Assembly (NCBI RefSeq): GCF_900169565.1
Contig: NZ_LT828648.1
Coordinates: forward strand, 652,876-684,875
DNA: 32,000 bases
Direction: 5' to 3'
Source of the DNA: Nitrospira japonica
Lineage (GTDB): Bacteria; Nitrospirota; Nitrospiria; Nitrospirales; Nitrospiraceae
This document shows positions 8,929-16,749 of this stretch, in pieces. The position numbers were made by a program, and so were the translations under genes. The first letter of the stretch is position 1, and every line of letters begins with the position of its first letter. The notes beneath the pieces are model-generated. The model made no database searches. It worked only from the letters and a program-made list of their open reading frames with translations, and was not told where the DNA came from.

Positions 8929-10053
8929 TCAGGGCACCCATTCCGCCAAGTATACGTTGAATTCTCCCGGCTGCTTGGCGTGACGGTCTGATACCCAGAC
9001 CAAGCGTTTTCCGTCGGGAGAGAACATGGGAAAACTGTTGAACTGCCCTTCGAACGTCAACCGCTCCAATCCTGTTCCGTCATCACCAACCAGGTACAGA
9101 TGAAAACTCGGCCTGCCTCCGTCCCCTCGTGTCTCCACGTTCGAGGAAAAGATAATGCGTTTGCCGTCCGGATGGAAGAACGGGGAAAAGTTGGAAGCAC
9201 CGTTGGACGTGACCTGTTGCTTTCCGCTTCCGTCGGCGTTCATTACCGCGATTTCGAGTTGTCCGGGCTCGACCAACCGTTGATCAAGCAGTTCTTTGTA
9301 CCGGGCCACCTCAGCCGGTTCCGTCGGATGTGACGCACGGTAGACGATCCGTTTGCTGTCCGGAGAAAAGAACGCTCCGCCGTCATATCCCACTTCATCC
9401 GTCAATCGGCGAGGTTTGGTCCCGTCGAGGTTCATGGCGTACAGATCAAGATCCCCGTCCCTCACTGAGGTCCAGACGATGGTCTTGCCGTCCGGGGACA
9501 CGGTTGCCTCTGCATCGTAGCCAGGCGAGGTCGTCAGCCGCTGCATCTCCTGGCCGTCGATGCGGACCGCGTACAGATCGTAATCATCCAGCGCCCACCG
9601 ATACGCTCCGTCGCGCTTCGGCTTGGCCGGGCAATTCGGACCGGAGGCATGCGTGGAAGAAAAGAGGACCCTGCGATCGCCAGGGAAAAAGTACCCGCAG
9701 GTCGTTGCGCCGGTACCCGTGCTCACCAACCGGATCGTCTGACTCTCCAGATCCATGACGTACATCTGATAACAGTTCAGCCCGGCTTCCGCCGGACGCA
9801 AGGTCGCGGCAAATGATTCCCGGGTCCAATTATTTGTGGACTGGAAGATCAGTTTCGTGCCGTCGAACGAAAAATAGGCCTCGGCATTTTGGCGTCCGAA
9901 CGTCAGCTGTCTGATGTTTTTGAGATGTCGCTCCGCTCCCGCTGGACTGTGTTTCAGCTCGGAGGGCTTCCGCTCCTGAGCGGCACTCGTGAGGCCACAG
10001 GAAATGAGAATCAGCACGGTCGCTACGCCGCTACCGAATGACAGGTACCGCAT
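8929..10053 (-). CDS. TolB-like PD40/WD40-like beta-propeller exported protein
   Basis: Repeats such as ATVSPDGKTIVWTS, GAFFSPDSKRIVYRA, SPFFHPDGKRIIFSS, PMFSPDGKRLVWVS; signal peptide from ATG at 10053, track start 10281 rejected. Confidence 0.85.
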   Translation of the reverse strand: MRYLSFGSGVATVLILISCGLTSAAQERKPSELKHSPAGAERHLKNIRQLTFGRQNAEAYFSFDGTKLIFQSTNNWTRESFAATLRPAEAGLNCYQMYVMDLESQTIRLVSTGTGATTCGYFFPGDRRVLFSSTHASGPNCPAKPKRDGAYRWALDDYDLYAVRIDGQEMQRLTTSPGYDAEATVSPDGKTIVWTSVRDGDLDLYAMNLDGTKPRRLTDEVGYDGGAFFSPDSKRIVYRASHPTEPAEVARYKELLDQRLVEPGQLEIAVMNADGSGKQQVTSNGASNFSPFFHPDGKRIIFSSNVETRGDGGRPSFHLYLVGDDGTGLERLTFEGQFNSFPMFSPDGKRLVWVSDRHAKQPGEFNVYLAEWVP

Positions 10054-12289
10054 CAATCGCCACCTCCATTTGCTCGCCAGCCTCGCGCTCGCCCGGCCAT
10101 TCTCCTCGCGAGACGACTGATCCGTTCTTGAACACCACAACGCTGTTCCAACCATAGAAAAACAGCAGCCGAGAGACCGAGGCCGCTGCCTCGGGAGTTG
10201 CCGAATAGAAGAGAGAAAGAACGCTGCCCGGCCGGTCAGCGCGATGGCATGTGGCGATGACCGCCGTTCCCGGCCCATCATAGTCGCTCCCTTCTATCGC
10301 AATCCCCGACTCGGTCAGACGGACTCGTGTTCCGCAATGCGTCGCTAACAACGGTTGGATAATCTCTCGCTTCCCGTCATGACCCAAAAGCAACACCGAC
10401 CCCTCGGGCGGAATCTGCGCGGCCTCCGCGTTCGGAATGATTGCGGCGCGATCAGAGATTCCCTTGCGACCTTCCTGAGCCTCGATGCGCGCCACCAGTT
10501 CTCGATACGGGTGAGAGGGCGGAATGGAACCGGCGAGCATGACCGTCCGGCGTATGTCGGTGACATAGTGATTCAACGTGGGCGGCAGGGACTGCCGCGG
10601 GATCCTCCGAATCAGCAAAGAGTCCGGATCAAGACGCACGTCCACAGGACGATTCGGCAATCGAACAGTGGCGGAGTGGGCCGCATCCGTCATGTGCACC
10701 GTAAGCGGATGTTCCAGCCCATTATCCATTCGAACCCGAATCTGGACGGGAAACCTGAACAAAGGCTCGGCTTGGGTGATGCCGATATCAAGGTCAAATG
10801 CGGCACCGCCGTCGACTGGCCGTGCGACTGCCCGACTGAGAGAGGGCGCCGGCACACCCCCACGTTCAATCCATTGCCGAAAAAACCAGCCGAGGTCACG
10901 GCCGCTGGTTTCATTGAAGACGAGCAGTAGATCGTGCCATTCCGCGTGCCGCCCCAGATAGTTTGAAATCAGGGTCTGTACCCCCTTCCAAAATGCCTGA
11001 TCTCCGACCTCTTGTCGTAAAAGATGGAACGCCATCGCGGTCTTTTGGTATCCGATCGCGTTGTCGCGCTCGTCATGCTTCTGCATGAACCGGCCCACAG
11101 GATAGTCGCGATCGGGCGGCACGTGCAGATTATACGACCGGACGAACAGACGCCGCTGATCACGAGCCTGGAACGATTCGCTCGTCAGTTCGTACCAATA
11201 GTAATTGGCCACATAGGTGGTCAGTCCCTCAACCCAGTTCCCCGTGTCCGTTCGGTTGAACACACCGTTGCCGATCCAAGAATGAACGATCTCATGACCA
11301 AGGGCATAGGGCTGGACATAGTGCCGCTTGATAATGGCGCTGCCGAGCAGGGTGAATGAGGGCATGCCCAAACCGCTCGCGAAGAAATTCTCGACGACGG
11401 CAAACGTCTCAAAGGGATAGGGCCCCAGCACTCCGACATACGCATCCAGATACCGGCTGGTGGCGTCCAGATATTCGTCCGCAAGATGCGCGTCTTCGGG
11501 AAATAGGTAGGTTGCCAGCCTCACGGGTTGGCCACTCGTTGCGACCCAAGAGCGCTCTTTGACGACGAATCGATTGGCGACGAGCGTCAGGGCTTCGCTT
11601 GGCCTGGTCGGATCGCACTCTATCAGCGCCATGTCCGACTGACGGCATTGATCCGGCGAGCAGGCAGTCGTCCGGCGCACTGCCGCTTGCGTGACGGCCG
11701 TCCAACTCTTTGGCAATGCGACACGAAGCGCGTACGAACTCAGAGACCCCTGACTATCCGGGTACCATTGGCTCTCACTGCTGAGATAGACACCTTCAGG
11801 CCCGATATGGCCGGCCGTCTCGCTCGGGGTCACAAAACGCAGGTGGCGCGGCTCCCTCGGCGGATCGTTGACGACGCCCTGATAGGTGATCACAAGTGTC
11901 GTGGTCGCATTCTCGCCCATGCCGTCGGGCAACGGAATGACCACTTGCTGGGACTGTGGCGCGGCCACGTCGCGTTCAATTGTGAATGGGAGCGCCCGAT
12001 CGAGTCCATGCCCCGTCGAATCATCCGATCCCTCGGCAACGCGCTGGACGACGAGCGTCGAGGCCAATGACAAACGAACCACGGCTTGTTTTCCAGGACG
12101 GACAAGCGTGATGCGGTCTCGACCGATCAGTTCGTGGCTTTCCGGGTAGAGTTGCACGAACAGATCATGGCGCTGAACACTTGTCACCTGAGACGGATGG
12201 AGGGGTTCTTCGCACAGACTGCGTTCTGCTTGGAAAATCGTTGCGGCGAGAAGAGCGAGCGCGAAAAGGAGCGCCTTGCCAGTGAGCAT
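10031..12289 (-). CDS. M1-like (gluzincin) metallopeptidase, secreted, with C-terminal extension
   Basis: VVENFFASGLGMPSFTLLG, HEIVHSWIGNGVFNRTDTGNWVEG, and GYQKTAMAFHLL; start MLTGKALLFALALLAATIFQAERSLCEE at 12289. Confidence 0.85.
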   Translation of the reverse strand: MLTGKALLFALALLAATIFQAERSLCEEPLHPSQVTSVQRHDLFVQLYPESHELIGRDRITLVRPGKQAVVRLSLASTLVVQRVAEGSDDSTGHGLDRALPFTIERDVAAPQSQQVVIPLPDGMGENATTTLVITYQGVVNDPPREPRHLRFVTPSETAGHIGPEGVYLSSESQWYPDSQGSLSSYALRVALPKSWTAVTQAAVRRTTACSPDQCRQSDMALIECDPTRPSEALTLVANRFVVKERSWVATSGQPVRLATYLFPEDAHLADEYLDATSRYLDAYVGVLGPYPFETFAVVENFFASGLGMPSFTLLGSAIIKRHYVQPYALGHEIVHSWIGNGVFNRTDTGNWVEGLTTYVANYYWYELTSESFQARDQRRLFVRSYNLHVPPDRDYPVGRFMQKHDERDNAIGYQKTAMAFHLLRQEVGDQAFWKGVQTLISNYLGRHAEWHDLLLVFNETSGRDLGWFFRQWIERGGVPAPSLSRAVARPVDGGAAFDLDIGITQAEPLFRFPVQIRVRMDNGLEHPLTVHMTDAAHSATVRLPNRPVDVRLDPDSLLIRRIPRQSLPPTLNHYVTDIRRTVMLAGSIPPSHPYRELVARIEAQEGRKGISDRAAIIPNAEAAQIPPEGSVLLLGHDGKREIIQPLLATHCGTRVRLTESGIAIEGSDYDGPGTAVIATCHRADRPGSVLSLFYSATPEAAASVSRLLFFYGWNSVVVFKNGSVVSRGEWPGEREAGEQMEVAIDAVPVIR

Positions 12290-12299
12290 TCGGGAGGTT

Positions 12300-13085
12300 T
12301 TAGCATTCGCGGCAGACAAGCACAAGCTGGATGACCGAAAGCATTCTCTCAAGATCAACCGGTTTGGTGAGAACCTCCTGTGGATGGAGCGACCATGCTT
12401 CTTCGAGAACTTCCTCGTCGTGACTGCCGGTAATGATAATGACGGCGCCGCCGAATTCCTTCTGGCGAAGCCGACGCATCATTTCAACGCCGCTCATTCC
12501 TGGCAGGAACAGATCGAGCAAGATCAAATCAGGAGGAGCTTGGTCGACCATCGAGAGGGCGGCTGTCGCACTCTTTACTCCGAGAGCCCGATATCCTCGA
12601 AGGCTCAAGAACTGCACCAGCAATTCCCTCACTAGCTGCTCATCGTCGACGACCAACACCGTTTCGCCGATATCGGTTGCTGTGCCTGCCGACGGAACAA
12701 GCGAACTATCCGAAACCGACTTCATGGGCTGCTGCACGACGCGATTGACGCCTTCGACGAGAACGTCCAATGAGAGACCCTTGCGCAAGAAGTCCGTGAC
12801 GCGCAGCGATCGAGCCTGATTTTCCTGGATTTCCGTCGCACCTCCTCCAAGAATAATGACGGGTGCCTGCGGATCCATGGCCCGGATCTCCTTCAAGGTC
12901 ATGAGCCCATCCATGCCGGGCATCCGCAGATCCAAAATGGTGACTCGTGGTCCGTGTTCACGAAAAAGGGCCAGCCCCTCTATGCCGTTGGTCGCCGTAT
13001 GGACTTCATACCCGTGACGGGCAAAGACAGCCTGAAGGAGATCACAGTTCATACGATCGTCGTCGATGATCAGAAGCTTGACCAT
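12300..13085 (-). CDS. Response regulator with two tandem receiver (REC) domains and no output domain
   Basis: REC1 LLIIDDDRMNC...VTILDLRMPGMDG...FLRKG; REC2 VLVVDDEQLVR...LILLDLFLPGMSG...IIIITGS...LTKPVD. Confidence 0.9.
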   Translation of the reverse strand: MVKLLIIDDDRMNCDLLQAVFARHGYEVHTATNGIEGLALFREHGPRVTILDLRMPGMDGLMTLKEIRAMDPQAPVIILGGGATEIQENQARSLRVTDFLRKGLSLDVLVEGVNRVVQQPMKSVSDSSLVPSAGTATDIGETVLVVDDEQLVRELLVQFLSLRGYRALGVKSATAALSMVDQAPPDLILLDLFLPGMSGVEMMRRLRQKEFGGAVIIITGSHDEEVLEEAWSLHPQEVLTKPVDLERMLSVIQLVLVCREC

Positions 13086-13181
13086 GTGCCGGGCCCCTCA
13101 GCAAGTGTAGAGCGACTGCTACCTATACGAGCGTACCATCAGCCTGTGACGTCCAAAAGCAAATGATGGAATCTGGGCGGG

Positions 13182-14108
13182 CTACTGAGGCGTGCCGATA
13201 AGCGCATCCACAAAGGGCTCCGGGTGGAAATCCTGAAGGTCCTCCGCCGACTCACCGACTCCGATCAGCCGAACCGGCAACTTCAGTTCGTCGGCGATGG
13301 CGACGACGATTCCCCCGCGAGCCGTGCCGTCTAATTTGGTTAACACAAGGCCGGTGATTCCGACTGCCTGATTGAACTGGCGGGCCTGGACAAGAGCATT
13401 CTGCCCAACCGTCGCATCGATCACTAACAGCACCTCCTGGGGGGCTTCCGGCATGCCCTGTTTCAATACACGGCTGATCTTCCTCAGCTCATCCATGAGA
13501 TTCGATTTCGTATGAAGACGGCCGGCGGTGTCGATCAGAACGACATCTGCATTGCGTGCCTTAGCGGCCATCAAACCATCGAATGCCACGGCCGCCGGGT
13601 CCGCACCGTGACGATGACTGACGAACTCGGCGCCGATGCGGTCTGACCAGACCTTCAGCTGATCGATAGCGGCAGCGCGAAACGTATCGGCCGCGACCAG
13701 AACAGGTTTCAAGCCTCCATTGACGAGCCGTTGCGCGATCTTGGCCAGTGTCGTGGTCTTGCCTACTCCATTCACGCCCACGGCTAAAATGACGAATGGC
13801 TTGCTTCCCCGGGTAATGAGATCGTCGAGCGTGGGACCTGTCGCAGGAGCGAGTGCCTGCAGCAAGGTCTGCTTCAAGACGGTCTGAACCGTGTGGCTTT
13901 GGGACGCGTTCGTGCCGAGAAGTCCCTGCCTGAGATGATCCATGGTGCGGGTCACGACCGGCGAGCCCAGATCAGAAAGGATTAATGCCGTCTCCAACTC
14001 TTCAAGCAATGCCGGATCTGCCGACCGCCTCAAGAGCTTGTCCAGTGAACCGCGAACAGCCGAGCGGGTACGAGTTAGTCCTTTATTGAGTCGTTGAATC
14101 CATCCCAT
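13182..14108 (-). CDS. ftsY: Signal recognition particle receptor FtsY
   Basis: GVNGVGKTTTLAKIA, VLVAADTFRAAAIDQL, VLIDTAGRLHTKSNLM, VLTKLDGTARGG, LIGVGESAEDLQDFHPEPFVDAL. Confidence 0.97.
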   Translation of the reverse strand: MGWIQRLNKGLTRTRSAVRGSLDKLLRRSADPALLEELETALILSDLGSPVVTRTMDHLRQGLLGTNASQSHTVQTVLKQTLLQALAPATGPTLDDLITRGSKPFVILAVGVNGVGKTTTLAKIAQRLVNGGLKPVLVAADTFRAAAIDQLKVWSDRIGAEFVSHRHGADPAAVAFDGLMAAKARNADVVLIDTAGRLHTKSNLMDELRKISRVLKQGMPEAPQEVLLVIDATVGQNALVQARQFNQAVGITGLVLTKLDGTARGGIVVAIADELKLPVRLIGVGESAEDLQDFHPEPFVDALIGTPQ

Positions 14109-14117
14109 AGGTCACTC

Positions 14118-14597
14118 TCAGCGCTTGCTTGCCAATTTGATGAAAGAGGGGAACACGCCCACTTGCTGCAGAAGAATGCGTTCCCGCCAGCGCATGCGCC
14201 TCGCTTCTTTCTCACTCGCTTCGTGATCATATCCGCACAGGTGCAGAATCCCGTGAATGAGCAAAACGGCCATTTCCTCCCCCAGAGATCTGCTTGCTGC
14301 ACGTGCCTGTCGAATCGCGGTCGGCATGGCAATGACCACATCGCCGAGCGGTGAGGCATTCATGCGCATACGAATGGGAAGATGGGCGTCCCTGAACGCA
14401 AATGCCAGTACGTCCGTGGTTCTGTCTTTATGCCGGTACTGGCGATTCAATCGGCGCATCCTTTGATCGCCGACGAATGTCACGCTCATGTCAGAATCCT
14501 GCTCGCCCACGGCCGATAAAATTGCCAAGGCGAATTTCACGACCGAGACTGGATTCACCTTTGGGATCCGAGTTCGGATTTCCACGAACACGGACAT
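14118..14597 (-). CDS. ybeY: Endoribonuclease YbeY / rRNA maturation factor
   Basis: NRQYRHKDRTTDVLAFAF, GDVVIAM, HGILHLCGYDHE. Confidence 0.96.
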   Translation of the reverse strand: MSVFVEIRTRIPKVNPVSVVKFALAILSAVGEQDSDMSVTFVGDQRMRRLNRQYRHKDRTTDVLAFAFRDAHLPIRMRMNASPLGDVVIAMPTAIRQARAASRSLGEEMAVLLIHGILHLCGYDHEASEKEARRMRWRERILLQQVGVFPSFIKLASKR

Positions 14598-15667
14598 TAA
14601 TGCGGTTGTCCCACTGAGGACTTGGGAGAAGGTTGAGTCGTAGGGGGTGGCGACGATCTCGGGTGGGAGGAAGGAGGAGGTCGCCGGCCTTGAGGCGAGG
14701 CCGTCGGGTCCTGAATCCCTTCCTGATGCTGGTGCTGATCGTAGGCCTTGATGATATCCTGCACGAGCTTGTGCCTGACGACGTCCCTTTCGTCGAAATA
14801 AATGAATCGAATGCCCTCGACCTCGCTAAGAATATCGCGGACCTCAATGAGTCCAGAGACCCGTTCAGGCGGTAAATCTATCTGGGTAATATCTCCCGTT
14901 ACGACCGCTTTAGAGCTGAACCCAAGCCGAGTCAGGAACATCTTCATCTGTTCGGCGGTTGCATTCTGGGCCTCGTCGAGAATGACGAAGGAGTCATTCA
15001 GCGTACGACCTCGCATGAATGCCAAGGGCGCGATCTCAATGTCGCCTCGCTCGATCGCTCTCGTCGCTCGTTCCATATCCATCATATCGAACAACGCGTC
15101 GTAGAGTGGTCGCAAGTATGGATTAACCTTCGCATACATGTCTCCGGGAAGAAAGCCGAGCTTCTCGCCGGCCTCCACCGCAGGCCGTGCCAAGATGATC
15201 CGGCTGACCTGACGCTTCATCAACGCACTCACGGCCATGGCCATCGCCAGGTACGTCTTGCCTGTGCCGGCCGGTCCGATTCCGATCACAATGTCGTGAG
15301 TTTCGATCGCTTCGATGTAAGACTTTTGAGTTGGAGTCTTTGGAGCAACAAAGCGCTTTTTCGTGACAATGGTCGTGGCTGTAGACAAGAGCTCTTTGAG
15401 TGGAGCGTCGGGGCTTTGCTTCAGCGCAGAGAGCGCATGCGCAATGTCCTCGGGCTGAAGAACCATGCCCTCGCTTGCGAGGGCTGCAAGCTCAGTCAGA
15501 ACTCGCTCGGCGTGGCGGGTGGCATCTGGAGATCCATCAACCGTGAGTTCCTCACCGCGCGCCGAAAGGCGCACGCCGAGGTCATCTTCGATCAGCTTGA
15601 GGTGTCGGTCATGGTGACCGAACAGGACAGCGGTATTGGTGCCTTCTCGCAGCTTAAGTTTTTTCAC
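14597..15667 (-). CDS. PhoH-like ATPase (YbeZ type)
   Basis: GIGPAGTGKTYLAMAMAVSAL Walker A, GDMYAKVNPYLRPLYDAL, FVILDEAQNAT Walker B, GDITQIDLP; GTG start. Confidence 0.95.
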   Translation of the reverse strand: MKKLKLREGTNTAVLFGHHDRHLKLIEDDLGVRLSARGEELTVDGSPDATRHAERVLTELAALASEGMVLQPEDIAHALSALKQSPDAPLKELLSTATTIVTKKRFVAPKTPTQKSYIEAIETHDIVIGIGPAGTGKTYLAMAMAVSALMKRQVSRIILARPAVEAGEKLGFLPGDMYAKVNPYLRPLYDALFDMMDMERATRAIERGDIEIAPLAFMRGRTLNDSFVILDEAQNATAEQMKMFLTRLGFSSKAVVTGDITQIDLPPERVSGLIEVRDILSEVEGIRFIYFDERDVVRHKLVQDIIKAYDQHQHQEGIQDPTASPQGRRPPPSSHPRSSPPPTTQPSPKSSVGQPH

Positions 15668-15700
15668 ACAATGGACTAGGGTAGAAACATTCGTATTTTG

Positions 15701-15730
15701 ATTCTAGCAGAGTGCCGAGGGAGGTGACAA
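15701..15730 (-). promoter_or_regulatory. Sigma70-type promoter with extended -10 for phoH-ybeY-ftsY
   Basis: Minus strand TTGTCA-N18-TAGAAT preceded by TGC (extended -10), about 30 bp upstream of the phoH GTG. Confidence 0.5.
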
Positions 15731-15764
15731 CCAGCCACACCTGGACCGGACGAAAGATGGGGCC

Positions 15765-16694
15765 TTACGATTTCGCTTGTGCTTTTGGAGAAATGTCGAA
15801 CTCCTGAAATGCCCACCCCTGATGGTCATCTCTTGCCATAACCTTTACCCGGAAGACCCCCTGGGCAGAAGGTGGGATAGACCAGCGAAGCTGACCGGTT
15901 TTTTCGTTGATGGTCATTCCCGGCGGAGCGGAGTCCAGCGAGAACGTAACGGGATCGTTTTCCGGATCATTCGCGGAAACTTGATATTGGAACTCACCTT
16001 CAGCAACGACAGGTGACGCGAGGGACGTAAATTTCGGAGGCCTGTTTGATATCGTCACAGACGGTGAACGAGCTTCTTTTCCCTCTCCCCCCTGGTCATG
16101 CGGAGTAACCCAAACGCTCACCGTATCTCCTCGAGAAAATCCGGCGCTGTCGAGTACATTTTGTTCGCCGGTTACCACCACTTGATCATTACGACGCCAT
16201 GTATAGTTGTACTTGACGGCATCACCGTCGAGGTCGGCCCCCTCCAACTCCGCATGGATAATCTCTCCGACTTTAGGCTCTTGAGGTTCAAGGGCAACTG
16301 TCTGAATTATCGGAGGTGTATTTCCTACCAACACCTCCGAGCTACGAAGAGATGAGCCCGCGACTTTTCCATCGTGCGGAGTCGCCTCGACACTAACCCG
16401 ATCACCCCGTTTCAGCCGCATGGGACTGAGCGTCGCTGAAGATTCCCCCGATGCCTCCGCACCATTCACAAACCAACGAAATCGCACAGCCACTTCGTCC
16501 TGGTTCGGGTCTTGAGTTTCAGCGACCGCGGTGACGATACCGTGACGAATGATTGGATTTGGAACGATAGTGATTGAGTGCATGCTGGGTGGATCGTTGC
16601 CAGCAGCAGTGCTTCCAGCATAGCGCTCTTCGGACGTGCATCCGAGGTCCAAGAGCAGCACCCCAATCGTCAAACCTCCCAATATCCGATACAC
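15765..16694 (-). CDS. Putative lipoprotein with three Ig-like/cadherin-like repeats
   Basis: GTG start, MYRILGGLTIGVLLLDLGC signal with lipobox-like LGC; repeats NTPPIIQTVALEPQEPKVGEIIHAELEGADLDGDAVKYNYTWRRN, NRPPKFTSLASPVVAEGEFQYQVSANDPENDPVTFSLDSAPPGMTINEKTGQLRWSIPP. Confidence 0.75.
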   Translation of the reverse strand: MYRILGGLTIGVLLLDLGCTSEERYAGSTAAGNDPPSMHSITIVPNPIIRHGIVTAVAETQDPNQDEVAVRFRWFVNGAEASGESSATLSPMRLKRGDRVSVEATPHDGKVAGSSLRSSEVLVGNTPPIIQTVALEPQEPKVGEIIHAELEGADLDGDAVKYNYTWRRNDQVVVTGEQNVLDSAGFSRGDTVSVWVTPHDQGGEGKEARSPSVTISNRPPKFTSLASPVVAEGEFQYQVSANDPENDPVTFSLDSAPPGMTINEKTGQLRWSIPPSAQGVFRVKVMARDDHQGWAFQEFDISPKAQAKS

Positions 16695-16749
16695 AACAAT
16701 CCTCTGCTGGTTTATTTGTTCAGTTCATGCGGCTCATATCTCTTGCCAT

